Assembly: GCA_963674745.2 (NCBI GenBank)
Contig: CAXXDV010000003.1
Coordinates: forward strand, 2,368,001-2,432,000
Direction: 5' to 3'
Length of the DNA stretch: 64,000 nucleotides
Source of the DNA: Desulfosudaceae bacterium
Lineage (GTDB): Bacteria > Desulfobacterota > Desulfobacteria > Desulfobacterales > Desulfosudaceae
Below, piece by piece: positions 31,325-41,047 of the stretch. A model generated the notes under the pieces. It did not search any database, was not told the origin of the DNA, and saw only the letters and a list, made by a program, of their open reading frames with translations. Positions within the stretch are counted from its first letter, which is position 1. Every line of letters starts with the position of its first letter. The position numbers and the translations under genes were made by a program.

Positions 31325-32113
31325 TTACTGGGTTTTATCCGGTTTTCTGGCCAGCATGATGAGTTTTTTACCGAACAGCAATTGAGGGCTCAGCACCTGG
31401 CGCATTATGGTTTTTGCTGCTTCTTTGGAAAGTTCTTTCTTTTTTTTACGGTAAAGCACCCGCCTCGTGGAAATCCAGGCCAAAGGATATAAAAAAGGGG
31501 CCAGCAACAGTGAATTAATGGAATATCTGGTCGTATCAACCGCGACGACCTCAAGCCCGACGTATTCCAGATAGCAACGAAGCTGAAAGGCGTTGATTAA
31601 AAATATGTGGCCGAAGTATACCCCTTCCGAGTCATGGTCTTGATTTACCGTGTCGTTCCCGCAACTGGCGGTTGCGACAACCGGAATACTGTTTCTACGG
31701 GCGCTCCCGGTCAATAACAGAGACAGTCTTCCTTCCAGATGGAGCGTATTCGGGGTGGTGACAACCAGTAATCCGCCCGGCTTCAGCGTGCGTGCCATAT
31801 CCCTTAAAGAGGCGACCTGCGCGTCCAGGTGTTCAATACCCTCCGAGAACAGAATGCCGTCAAATTTCTCATCGTCGAATGGCAGCGATTTTTCAAGGTT
31901 TATTTTTTGTATCTTAATGCCTTTGCCATGTATGTTTTCAGGAAACAGATCGCCGGCGATGACGTCAAACCCGGAAGCGACCAGACTTCGTGAATTTACG
32001 CCGTCACCCGCCGGCAGATCAAGCACAAGACCATCACGCAGATATTTTTTAAACCAGCTGCCCACATCATCATGGATGTGACGACTCCTGAATAATCGCT
32101 TGATCAGACTCAT
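31325..32113 (-). CDS. Class I SAM-dependent methyltransferase
   Basis: VLDLPAGDG, LPFDDEKFDGILFSEGIEHL, RTLKPGGLLVVTTPN. Confidence 0.88.
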   Translation of the reverse strand: MSLIKRLFRSRHIHDDVGSWFKKYLRDGLVLDLPAGDGVNSRSLVASGFDVIAGDLFPENIHGKGIKIQKINLEKSLPFDDEKFDGILFSEGIEHLDAQVASLRDMARTLKPGGLLVVTTPNTLHLEGRLSLLLTGSARRNSIPVVATASCGNDTVNQDHDSEGVYFGHIFLINAFQLRCYLEYVGLEVVAVDTTRYSINSLLLAPFLYPLAWISTRRVLYRKKKKELSKEAAKTIMRQVLSPQLLFGKKLIMLARKPDKTQ

Positions 32114-32230
32114 CCGGTTTCTTTCTCTCCAGCATTCACTTACAATAAAATAACAAAATAAACGAAAAAACGTGCTTATTATAGGCGGTATGTATAACAA
32201 GACTGCAATTGAAGTGTCAATAGGTTAATG

Positions 32231-33321
32231 GGGACGCCCTTTATATTTTTATATTTAATAATTCAGACAATACAAACCGCTCCTCACAAACGATTCTCTC
32301 CCCTTTTCTAACCGCCAGACTCACTGTCGGCACGGCAATTTTAAGGCCGTCAGCGACTTCCGTCATCGACATGCCCAGTTCTCGCACGCTCCAGTAGCAA
32401 ACCAGCGCCCGGCCCTTTACGACGATCCTCTCCTTGGACGGCCCGACCAGGGACCGGCCGGGTATCAGGAGCAATTCTGAAACTGCCGCAACGATATCCT
32501 TCATCTGAATCCCATTGACGACCATACGGTATCGGTTGTCCATTACTTCCCGGGCGTCTGCCAAAACCGTATTGACGAAATCCCCGTCGCCCAGGATGCG
32601 CTCATCGCTCTTTTGAAAGGTACCTGCTTTACGCTGGGAACGGACGGCTGCCCAGCCACCGGCACTGCGCAACAGGCCACCGCCGATAAGCGCCGGTTGT
32701 TTGCCCAGTTCCAGGCCTTTAACGACATGTTCCCGATATCGCTTTCGCGCCGTCGCCTGTCGATCACCAAAGTAAGTCAACACCGCTTTTGTGGCCTGCC
32801 AGTCATTTTCGTTTTTCCCCAGAATATAACTATGACCGGCAAAACGATATTTATCCAGCGCGGCCATGTCTTTAACCAGCCTGGCTCGCAAAGGATTTAA
32901 ATGGATGTATCGTACCAGTTCTTTTAAGTAGACGTCTTCCTGACAAAGAATTGATTTATACCGGTTCTGGAACAAATGTCCGCTTCTGCGATGACGACGG
33001 TTGTGACTGACGGCATAGCCTGTCAGCAAACGCCGCATGACCGAAGAGATCGGCACACTGCCGGTTTTTAACAATAAATGAAAATGGTTGGGAATCAATG
33101 CCCAGGCAAAACATTGGGTCTGAGTTTCTTGAACCAGTTCACCAAGACGCTCTATAAAGTTTTCCCGGTCCTCATCGTCCCGGAAAATTCTGCCGCGCTC
33201 GATTCCTCTGGCAATGATGTGGTGCACCGCACCCGGTGCGTCTATCCTGGCTTGTCTGGGCATATATTATTCGTATCAGACATTGCATCACCTGTAAATA
33301 TAAAAATATAAAGGGCGTCCC
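32231..33321 (-). mobile_element. TIR-bounded element encoding a RAYT-like Y1 transposase
   Basis: Perfect 27-bp inverted repeats GGGACGCCCTTTATATTTTTATATTTA (32231-32257) and TAAATATAAAAATATAAAGGGCGTCCC (33295-33321). Confidence 0.85.
32241..33263 (-). CDS. REP-associated-type tyrosine (HUH/Y1) transposase with C-terminal HTH
   Basis: MPRQARIDAPGAVHHIIARG, HUH motif NHFHLL, GHLFQNRYKS, candidate catalytic Tyr in RYIHLNP, C-terminal helix-turn-helix. Confidence 0.9.
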   Translation of the reverse strand: MPRQARIDAPGAVHHIIARGIERGRIFRDDEDRENFIERLGELVQETQTQCFAWALIPNHFHLLLKTGSVPISSVMRRLLTGYAVSHNRRHRRSGHLFQNRYKSILCQEDVYLKELVRYIHLNPLRARLVKDMAALDKYRFAGHSYILGKNENDWQATKAVLTYFGDRQATARKRYREHVVKGLELGKQPALIGGGLLRSAGGWAAVRSQRKAGTFQKSDERILGDGDFVNTVLADAREVMDNRYRMVVNGIQMKDIVAAVSELLLIPGRSLVGPSKERIVVKGRALVCYWSVRELGMSMTEVADGLKIAVPTVSLAVRKGERIVCEERFVLSELLNIKI

Positions 33322-33441
33322 TAACTTACCCGGCTTAGCCAGCAAAATTCATATTGAATAATTATTTTCGGTTATGATATTCTTATAATTATCATTGAGA
33401 TCAAAGGGAGCAAAAATAAAAATTATAGGAGTCAGATAAAA

Positions 33442-33645
33442 ATGCCGCAAACAGTCGAAGAAATAACAAAAGCGATCATCAGCCTATCAAAGGAAGATTT
33501 GGCAAGGCTCCGGAGATGGTACGATGAATTTGAAGCAAGACAATGGGATCAGAAATTTGAAGCAGACGCCAAATCCGGAAAGCTGGATCGGTTAGCGGAA
33601 AAGGCGATCAATGACTTTAAATCCGGGCAATGCAGCCAAATATGA
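33442..33645 (+). CDS. Putative type II antitoxin
   Basis: 67 aa (WDQKFEADAKSGKLDRLAEKA), GGAG RBS, ATGA overlap with the downstream toxin-like gene. Confidence 0.75.
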   Translation: MPQTVEEITKAIISLSKEDLARLRRWYDEFEARQWDQKFEADAKSGKLDRLAEKAINDFKSGQCSQI

Positions 33646-33899
33646 AACATTTTGCCAACGCAGATTTTTGGGCATGCTATAAAAAATTACCCTTATCCAT
33701 CCAGGAACTCTCCGATAAAAACTTCAAACTCCTGAAAGAAGACTCAAACCATCCTTCGCTGCACCTCAAAAAGGTCAGTCGTTTTTGGTCTGTGAGAATT
33801 GGAATCAAGTACCGAGCACTGGCCGTAGAGATAAACGAAGGGCTCATCTGGTTTTGGATCGGAACTCACGCCGAATACGACAAACTCATATCATCTTAA
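33642..33899 (+). CDS. RelE/ParE-like type II toxin
   Basis: FWACYKKLP..HPSLHLKKV..WSVRIGIKYRALA..WFWIGTHAEYDKL. Confidence 0.8.
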   Translation: MKHFANADFWACYKKLPLSIQELSDKNFKLLKEDSNHPSLHLKKVSRFWSVRIGIKYRALAVEINEGLIWFWIGTHAEYDKLISS

Positions 33900-33991
33900 C
33901 CACGACTTAAGACAACAAAGCCCGTACCCTACTTATTCCCCTACCACACAGGAAAAGAACAAATTTATAGGAAGGGCGCCCCCAAAACGTC

Positions 33992-34339
33992 CTATTTTCC
34001 GTTATAGATTTCTGCAATTTTTTCAACTTCAGGCCGCTCGAAAAGCCTGCCGTTTACATCCATGATCGGGTATTTATACACCATTGTATTTAATCCTGCC
34101 GTTTCCATCCTGGGCAGCACTTCATCAAGGACTTCCTTTTCTTTTATATTCTCATAATAATAAGGGATATCCCGTTCTTCCAGATCGCGTTCCATCTTCT
34201 GGCACCATCCACAGGCAGGGTTTCCGTACAGAATCACATACGGTTCATCATACAACGGTTCCAGCTTATTGCCCGCAAACTGTTGATACCCGAAATAACA
34301 AAGCACAGCCGCTGCTGCTACAAACAAAAGCTTATTCAT
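33992..34339 (-). CDS. Membrane-anchored glutaredoxin-like protein
   Basis: N-terminal hydrophobic segment, YGNPACGWC CxxC, YPIMDVNG. Confidence 0.8.
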   Translation of the reverse strand: MNKLLFVAAAAVLCYFGYQQFAGNKLEPLYDEPYVILYGNPACGWCQKMERDLEERDIPYYYENIKEKEVLDEVLPRMETAGLNTMVYKYPIMDVNGRLFERPEVEKIAEIYNGK

Positions 34340-34498
34340 GCTCCCCCCCATTCAAAACACTTTTACGTAATATGCAAAATCATAGCTGCTTTCGAAAAAT
34401 ATATGTGAACCGCTCTGGCAGGTTTATCGTTTAAAAAATTTTACGAAAAATCATAAGTGGCAGCAAAGCCATGGAATCATCAGGGGTTGAAAAACATC

Positions 34499-34524
34499 AA
34501 ATATAAAAATATAAAGGGCGTCCC
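34499..34524 (+). repeat. Exact 26-bp copy of the transposase right end
   Basis: AAATATAAAAATATAAAGGGCGTCCC, abutting the stop codon of the TPR gene at 34525. Confidence 0.92.
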
Positions 34525-35193
34525 CTATTTGTCCATAGCCTCATTGGCCATACCCAATTTATTGTATAACAATATCAGGTTTTTACGTTTATCGTTGTTT
34601 TCAGGGTCTCTTTTTAAAACATCTTTGTAACACTCAATTGCCAACCCAATATTTCCCATTTTTTCGTATACAGAAGCCAGCACACCATAGCTATTCAAAT
34701 AATCGGGCTCAAATTGAATTGCTTGTTTCAAATGCGCTTCTGATTCTATAAGGTTACCGTTATTATAATAATAGGTTCCCAAGAAATAATGGGCCATTCC
34801 ATTCTTATTATCTAGCCTAATGCTAATCATTAACTCTTCAATTTGTAGTTTCTCTAAATCTTGCATTAAACTCAAATTATCACTAACTTCAACCTCCTTA
34901 TTGTTTTCATTCTTTCCTTTTGAGAAAAAATCATAGAGTTTCAATGCTCTGTTTTTATCGAAAAGCTCTAAATGCTTATAAAAATAAGCAAGGCTTAGAT
35001 TGTAATGAACGATAGCCACCTCAGGATTTATTGTAATTGCCTTTTCATAGACTTCTATCGCACGATCCCATAATCCCTGATGAACAAAATCATTCCCTTG
35101 ATTAAGTAATGCTTCGAACTCATCAGGTGCTGCGTTTAAGCTGGATAGGAAAAAAACAAAAAAGTATAGTATAAAAATACAAAATATTCTCAT
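34525..35193 (-). CDS. Exported TPR protein, partner of orphan Rhs-CT 4
   Basis: Signal peptide and TPR motifs (AIEVYEKAITINP, AHYFLGTYYY, AIECYKDVLKRDP); start at 35193 with a GAGG RBS. Confidence 0.8.
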   Translation of the reverse strand: MRIFCIFILYFFVFFLSSLNAAPDEFEALLNQGNDFVHQGLWDRAIEVYEKAITINPEVAIVHYNLSLAYFYKHLELFDKNRALKLYDFFSKGKNENNKEVEVSDNLSLMQDLEKLQIEELMISIRLDNKNGMAHYFLGTYYYNNGNLIESEAHLKQAIQFEPDYLNSYGVLASVYEKMGNIGLAIECYKDVLKRDPENNDKRKNLILLYNKLGMANEAMDK

Positions 35194-35264
35194 TTCTTTA
35201 CCTCTTTTAAACTTGAAAGAATAACAGAATCCCAAGGATCCAAACAATTATTTAACTTCGTTTA

Positions 35265-35756
35265 TTACTCTAAAGTTAAAGGGTTACAACAATCTTTTCG
35301 ACCTTTAAGTGTTATTTTTTCACATGTTAAATGAGAGCTATGAATATTCTCTTCTCCAGCGGTAACTGTAACATCATGAGGAAATGGCCATGGATCATAA
35401 CAAATAGTTCCAGGTTTTAGAACCCCACATTCTATTTTTCTTTCTTCCTTATAAATTAAATCCATTGCTTCAGCAGAAGAACTTGTATCCGCAGAATACT
35501 TCGTGAAAAATATGATTATGTCAAGACCGTCACCAGGTTGAGCCGTTGGCGTAGAGTCAGCCAAGCCATTGAAATCTTTTGAATTATGTGGGTTATTAGA
35601 CACATATGCATAAGAATTAGTCTTTACTTTGATGACAGAATTAATAATTCTTTGTGTGTAGATCGGATCAACCCTCAGATACCTTCCAACACCCGCATTA
35701 TAGTATCTATGGTAATTATAATGCAACCCCGTCTCTTCATCATAGTATTGGCCCGG
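35265..35756 (-). pseudogene. Orphan Rhs C-terminal module 4
   Basis: Frame begins PGQYYDEETGLHYNYHRYYNAGVGRYLRVDP, followed by a unique Cys-containing CT; no Rhs body upstream. Confidence 0.85.
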
Positions 35757-35935
35757 ATATACTTTGATGCAGGTTACCTCCCGAAGACCTGTTTTTTACC
35801 CCCCTTGTTTTGTTGGTTGTTGGAAATAAAACTGTTCTTTATGGGTTAAAGGGAAAGGGGGTTAAAAGATGCAGAAGCGTATCCATTCTATATGGTCGTT
35901 GGGCAAAAAACCGTCACCCACCAACACAAACAAAA
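35757..35935. repeat. Conserved inter-cassette linker, copy 4
   Basis: Contains AAGACCTGTTTTTTACCCCCCTTGTTTTGTTGG and TGGTCGTTGGGCAAAAAACCGTCACCCAC. Confidence 0.85.
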
Positions 35936-35969
35936 CAATTTCTTCTTTTTATATCAAAAATATATCTTG

Positions 35970-35995
35970 AAATATAAAAATATAAAGGGCGTCCC
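35970..35995 (+). repeat. Exact 26-bp copy of the transposase right end
   Basis: AAATATAAAAATATAAAGGGCGTCCC. Confidence 0.92.
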
Positions 35996-36003
35996 TAAGT
36001 CCT

Positions 36004-36090
36004 ATATCAGGCCCCGGAGTGGAAATTTGCTCAGAGTGCGTAGAGATCTGCAGTGAAATCGTTCAAGACCACAGGGAACCTAAACCGTAA
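36004..36090 (+). pseudogene. 3' fragment of a ClpX-type C4 zinc-finger gene
   Basis: Manual translation ISGPGVEICSECVEICSEIVQDHREPKP*, resembling the second half of the ClpX zinc finger (IAGPGVYICDECVELC); the first CxxC is missing. Confidence 0.65.
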
Positions 36091-36160
36091 CATGTGGCTG
36101 TCGTGCAAGAAAACCGTCACCCACTAACACACAAGAAACGCATAAAAGCATAGACGTCCA

Positions 36161-37495
36161 CTATTCGTTCCCCAACTTGTTGGCTTGGTCCGACCCCGGT
36201 TCCGGTTGGTAATCTCGGACTGGCCAAACATATTGTTCCTCATTAATTTCGACTACATTGCTTTCCCCTCCAAACATCCTTACGGTCCATGCTTCCAATC
36301 TTATGCCTCCCCCATTTATTGGTTTTAAAAATCTAAAGGACGTGCTTGTCCAGTAACTGCCATCGGGTTCTAATAGAAATGGATCACCTGCTGACCATTT
36401 AGAGGTTCCAGATGTATCGGAAAGACAAGGTGAGTGATATGCCATGTTTCTCAAACTTTCCAGTTCAAAAAGATTCGGGAGCCTCCAATCCCCAGTTTTC
36501 GATTGATCTGTCAAGCCGCACTGACCGCTCTGAAGCGATTTACAAAAATCGACAGCTTCATTCCATGGAGCTGGCCCTGTTTCACCTTTTGCAGATCGAT
36601 AGTTGGCTCTTTTTAACCATACCAACCCTGTCAAATTATCAGTTACTGTGCCATTTGAGTTATCCGTAAACCGAGGAAACGGCAATCCCATGCCCTTCTT
36701 TTCATCCCCATCATCACCAGTTCTGTATTTGATTTTCTGCCCTGTCCGCTGAATGGATATAATTGAAGCGATATTGGATTCTTTATCACGAACAGGCCAA
36801 GCTAGACGATGAATACCTTTGTCGAGTGCATTTACGCTTCCTTTAGATATAAAAACATCCCAAGCGCAAGATGGGTCATGCGAACTTGTAGTGCTTGACC
36901 AATAGCCACCAGATAATAGAAAAAACGGATCGCCTTTTTGCCATTGAGAAGTTCCAGACGTATCGGAAAGACTAGGGTCGAGATATGCCATATCCCGCAA
37001 ACTCTCCAATTCAAAAAGATTCGGGAGCCTCCAATCCCCAGCTTTCGATTGATCTGTCAAGCCGCACTGATTGCTCTGAAGGGATTTACAAAAATCGACA
37101 GCCTCATTCCATGTCACCCGGCCTTTTTCACCTGTTGTAGATCGATAGTTAGCCTCTTTCAACCAAACCAACCCGGTTAAAATATCTGTAATGGTTCCAT
37201 TTGAATTGTCTGTAAATCGGGGGGAAGGCCATACAATACCTTTTTTTTCATCCCCATCATCACCAGTTCTGTATTTGATTTTCTGCCCTGTCCTTTGAAT
37301 GGATCTGATTAAAGCAACATTGGACTTCTTTTTAAGATTACTATCTAAAGATTGAATATTGACTGAGTATAGCTGTTTAGAGATTGCGAACCCCGTCAAA
37401 TCATTCCAGGCGGCCCAAATTACGATTGTTAAGGCAATAACCAACATAGATCTCTTTAACAAAAAAGAGAAAGCTTTTTGAAACATTTTCGACAA
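36161..37495 (-). CDS. Exported protein with two DUF1566 (Lcl-type) domains
   Basis: Two copies, 546 bp apart, of RTGQ..GDDG..PRFTDNSNGT.TD.LTGLVWLK..WRLPNLFELESL..YW.ST..WPVR. Confidence 0.85.
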   Translation of the reverse strand: MSKMFQKAFSFLLKRSMLVIALTIVIWAAWNDLTGFAISKQLYSVNIQSLDSNLKKKSNVALIRSIQRTGQKIKYRTGDDGDEKKGIVWPSPRFTDNSNGTITDILTGLVWLKEANYRSTTGEKGRVTWNEAVDFCKSLQSNQCGLTDQSKAGDWRLPNLFELESLRDMAYLDPSLSDTSGTSQWQKGDPFFLLSGGYWSSTTSSHDPSCAWDVFISKGSVNALDKGIHRLAWPVRDKESNIASIISIQRTGQKIKYRTGDDGDEKKGMGLPFPRFTDNSNGTVTDNLTGLVWLKRANYRSAKGETGPAPWNEAVDFCKSLQSGQCGLTDQSKTGDWRLPNLFELESLRNMAYHSPCLSDTSGTSKWSAGDPFLLEPDGSYWTSTSFRFLKPINGGGIRLEAWTVRMFGGESNVVEINEEQYVWPVRDYQPEPGSDQANKLGNE

Positions 37496-37518
37496 TTGAT
37501 TCTCTATGCTCCTGTTGT

Positions 37519-38175
37519 CTATTTACAAGATATATGTTCTTCTTCTCCACAATAGGGCGACAAAAATGTTTTCTGCATCCATTTACCACCACCCCCCATA
37601 CATTCAAATCTTACAGTTACCCCTTCATCTTTGCAACACCCTGTTTGGCAAATTGTATTGGCCTGCTTTATAGCTTTACCCCATAAATCCTCAGCCCCCT
37701 CACCTACATCAACCTCATTATTTGGAAGCTCTACATCTGGGATCGGGGTCTCTACGGTTGTATAGTGTTCCGCATTGCATCCATAGGAAGTGGCGGCAGA
37801 GCATGAATCATTATATACTGTCACGGGAATGTTCGATTGGTCTAACTTTACTTTATCGTCCTGGATTCCTGGATCAGCCACATCCAAGTTGCGGATTCCG
37901 TGACCAAAAAATATTATAACATTACATTTCTCAACCCTAATATAATGAGAACCATCGGCATTCTCATACACACCATATCCTTCACCTGTAGTGCCTTCGC
38001 CCAAAAATCCTGCAGGGTCACTAATGATATTGGGATTATTAAACGCATATAAAAAAAGATTAATCCCTCCATTAAACCCAATCGGATCAACCCGCAAATA
38101 CCTCCCCGTCTTCGGATCATAATACCGCCACATATTATAATGCAGCCCCGTCTCACTATCAAAGTACTGGCCCGG
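37519..38175 (-). pseudogene. Orphan Rhs C-terminal module 3
   Basis: PGQYFDSETGLHYNMWRYYDPKTGRYLRVDPIG..NNPNIISDPAGF plus a Cys-rich CT. Confidence 0.88.
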
Positions 38176-38320
38176 ATATATTCTGATGCGCCTCCCCCCC
38201 GAAAGACCTGTTTTTTACCCCCCTTGTTTTGTTGGCCCCCGGATGAACTTCTTTTTAAAGATATGACAATTTACCATATGGTCGTTGGGCAAAAAAACCG
38301 TCACCCACTAACACACAAAA
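38176..38320. repeat. Conserved inter-cassette linker, copy 3
   Basis: Same blocks as at 35757, 41813 and 43408. Confidence 0.88.
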
Positions 38321-38371
38321 AAAAAGAAAACGATATAAAAAGAGGTGCTTAACATCGGATAAGTTAATAAG

Positions 38372-39136
38372 TTAAGGGCGTCTCCTATTCGTCTCCTGTA
38401 ACTTTTTATTGATCAAATCAAAATATAGCTCGGGAACAGATTCACCTTGGTCCTTGGCTTTTGTTAAATAATTCAATGCTTCTTTATAATCCCCAACATG
38501 ATAAGAACAAACACCCAAATCAAATAAAAAAAAGCTTGAGGATTTACCCCACTTAATCAATTCTTTTAACTCATGCCTTGCATTGATGTAGTCATTATTT
38601 TTTTTATATATCTTTAATAACTTCTCACGCAATACGGTATCAGAAGGATTTATTAGTAAATATTTTTTACAAAATTCTTTTAACTCTTCCTGAGTCATAT
38701 TTGCTTTTAATGATTCTAAATCCTTTTTAGGAAATACGAACACTTCCGTATCACTTCTCATCGTTGAAAGCAACTCATATTGTTTTATACCCTCTGAAAC
38801 ACCTTTTGCCTTAAACACAGCATACATTAAATTATAGTTTAATAAATAGTTATTAGGTTCTATCTTTAGTCCCTCCTCATATATCTTAATAGCATTAACA
38901 AGATCTCCAAGTTTTCTTTCATACAGATTTCCTATTTTAATATATAAATCTATTTTCGTGGGTTTGTATTTTAATGCGTTATTATATTCAAATATTGCTT
39001 CTACAAACCTCTTTTCTTCTTCTAATCGACTTCCTTTCTCAATATACGTCCATTCATCTACATAAGTGTAAGCTTTAGTGCTCGACACAAAAAATACTAA
39101 ACACATTATACTCATTATTAAATATCGTTTTGTCAT
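38372..39136 (-). CDS. Exported TPR protein, partner of orphan Rhs-CT 2
   Basis: Signal peptide and TPR motifs (AIFEYNNALKYKP, AIKIYEEGLKIEP, LGVCSYHVGDYKEALNYL). Confidence 0.82.
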   Translation of the reverse strand: MTKRYLIMSIMCLVFFVSSTKAYTYVDEWTYIEKGSRLEEEKRFVEAIFEYNNALKYKPTKIDLYIKIGNLYERKLGDLVNAIKIYEEGLKIEPNNYLLNYNLMYAVFKAKGVSEGIKQYELLSTMRSDTEVFVFPKKDLESLKANMTQEELKEFCKKYLLINPSDTVLREKLLKIYKKNNDYINARHELKELIKWGKSSSFFLFDLGVCSYHVGDYKEALNYLTKAKDQGESVPELYFDLINKKLQETNRRRP

Positions 39137-39172
39137 GATAATCTCTCTTTAATAATTATTCTCGCCTTATCA

Positions 39173-39358
39173 TTAAAATGGTATATTATGCTCTTTTTTA
39201 TATTCTTCCGTCACAGGTGGCAATGGATCTAGCACAAGTGTTTCATACTTTTTTTCTGTATTGGCTGTTACAGGATATTCTGTCCCTTTAATTTTTGTGC
39301 ACGATTCTTGAGGCAAGGCAAGATGGCTCAAACATGTTTCCACCCAGCATTCGAATAA
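39173..39358 (-). pseudogene. Remnant 3' end of a probable orphan Rhs-CT 2, cut by IS66
   Basis: Open frame LFECWVETCLSHLALPQESCTKIKG..KKEHNIPF* running from the IS66 end to just upstream of the TPR gene. Confidence 0.6.
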
Positions 39359-39386
39359 AGGTAAGCGTCAAGTTAACCCCACCCCA

Positions 39387-40979
39387 TCAGGTCGGGGAAC
39401 TCAGAGCGGCTGGATCGAGGTTTTGCGGCAGTAGTTTCTTGTATTCTTCCGGATCACCGTCGATCAGTGGAAGCTGCTCAAAGATATATCGCAAGTACGC
39501 ATAAGGTTCCAGCCCGTTCGCCTTGGCCGTTTCGATCAGGCTGAAGATGGCGGCGCTGGCGGCCGCACCCCGGGGATGCCCGGAAAATAACCAGTTCTTT
39601 CGTCCCAAAACAAAGGGCCGAATGGCGTTCTCCACCAGGTTGTTATCGGGTCGCAGACGTCCGTCCTGAACATAGCCGGTCAGCCGGTCCCATTGGTCCA
39701 GAGTGTAATTGATGGCTTTTCCCAGCAGTCCTTGAGGCGGTGTCTGTTGACTGCGTTTGTCCAGCCACTTTTTAAAAGATTCCAAGATTGGCAAGACCTC
39801 AGCCTGTCGAAGCTCGCGCCGTTGATCCGGGGAAAGTTCCGCTTTATCGGCTCGGCTTTCCACTTGGTACAGTTTGCCGATGAAACTCATGGCCTTTTCC
39901 GCGCTGCCGGGTTTCTGCGGCTTCCCTTTTTTTACCGGCTGACGGGCCTTAATCACTTCATGAAACTTACGGCGTGCGTGCGCCCAGCAGCCGATGTGAA
40001 TAATATTGGAGGCTTGCTCCAGGCTGTTATAACCTTTATAACCATCAGTCTGGATATAGCCCTCGTAGCCGTTTATGAAATTCTTAGGAACCTCTCCGGA
40101 TCGCGTGGGGTGATATTGATAGATCAGCGCCGGTTTATCCGGATCACCTCCGCGGAAAACCCACATATAGGATTTGCTGGTATTATTCCGGCCGGGCTCA
40201 TTCAAAACCTGAACCGTGGTTTCATCCATGCCGATCAATGGACCGGATCGGATCTCTTGGCATAGGCCGTCAATCAAGGGCTGACACCTTTTTGCCGCCT
40301 GAATGGTCCAGTTGGCCATGGTAGCCCGGGGAAGATCGACCCCGATCCGGGTAAACTGCTTTTCCTGGCGGTAAAACGGCAGGCTGTCGGCAAACTTGGC
40401 TGTCAGGATATGGGCTATCAGGCCCGGTGTGGCGATGCTTTGCGGAATAAGTTGCGGCGGTAGCGGCGCTGTCTTGACTGCTCCTTGTTCGGATTCTACG
40501 CCTTCACATTGTTTGCAAGCGTATTTGTATCGAATATGGCGAATAACCTGTACTTTGGCCGGAATAACATCCAGTTTCTCGGAAATGTCTTTGCCGATAC
40601 GGCTCATTTCACAGCCGCAGGCGCACATCTTTTCTTCTTCCGGAATATCGTGAATAACGTCTATGCGCGGCAGGTCATCAGGCAGGGGCTTGCGACCGCC
40701 TTTTTTCCTGGAATGCCCGGTAACCGCTATCTTTTCTTCTTTTTCGTCGGCATCTTCAGCAATATCCTCGGCCTCGTCAAACAGGGTCATCTGCTTGTCA
40801 TCGGTGTCAATTATGTGCTTTTCTGATTTTTTGCCGAACAGCTTGGCTCTTAGAAGACGATTCTGTTTTTCTAAATGCTCAATACGGGTATGCTGAAATT
40901 GAATCAATTCATTGTCTGACTGAATGACTTTATTGAGATCTTTTATGGTATTCTGAAGTTGTGCAGACTCACTGTTCAT
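39387..40979 (-). CDS. tnpC: IS66 transposase TnpC
   Basis: Coiled coil, GGRKPLP, zinc ribbon, MDETTVQV, QTDGYKGY, CWAHARRKF, DNNLVENAIR, SLIETAKANG. Confidence 0.96.
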   Translation of the reverse strand: MNSESAQLQNTIKDLNKVIQSDNELIQFQHTRIEHLEKQNRLLRAKLFGKKSEKHIIDTDDKQMTLFDEAEDIAEDADEKEEKIAVTGHSRKKGGRKPLPDDLPRIDVIHDIPEEEKMCACGCEMSRIGKDISEKLDVIPAKVQVIRHIRYKYACKQCEGVESEQGAVKTAPLPPQLIPQSIATPGLIAHILTAKFADSLPFYRQEKQFTRIGVDLPRATMANWTIQAAKRCQPLIDGLCQEIRSGPLIGMDETTVQVLNEPGRNNTSKSYMWVFRGGDPDKPALIYQYHPTRSGEVPKNFINGYEGYIQTDGYKGYNSLEQASNIIHIGCWAHARRKFHEVIKARQPVKKGKPQKPGSAEKAMSFIGKLYQVESRADKAELSPDQRRELRQAEVLPILESFKKWLDKRSQQTPPQGLLGKAINYTLDQWDRLTGYVQDGRLRPDNNLVENAIRPFVLGRKNWLFSGHPRGAAASAAIFSLIETAKANGLEPYAYLRYIFEQLPLIDGDPEEYKKLLPQNLDPAALSSPT

Positions 40980-41047
40980 AATGGTTTACATAACAAAACC
41001 ATCATGCAATGTCAAGCCTGTTTTATGATTATGTAGTAATTTTTTAC

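Noticed and set aside
36161..37495. DUF1566 duplication as a DGR template/variable repeat pair
   Set aside because: Differences in the part I compared are not adenine-specific, both copies are coding, and no reverse transcriptase is in the window.
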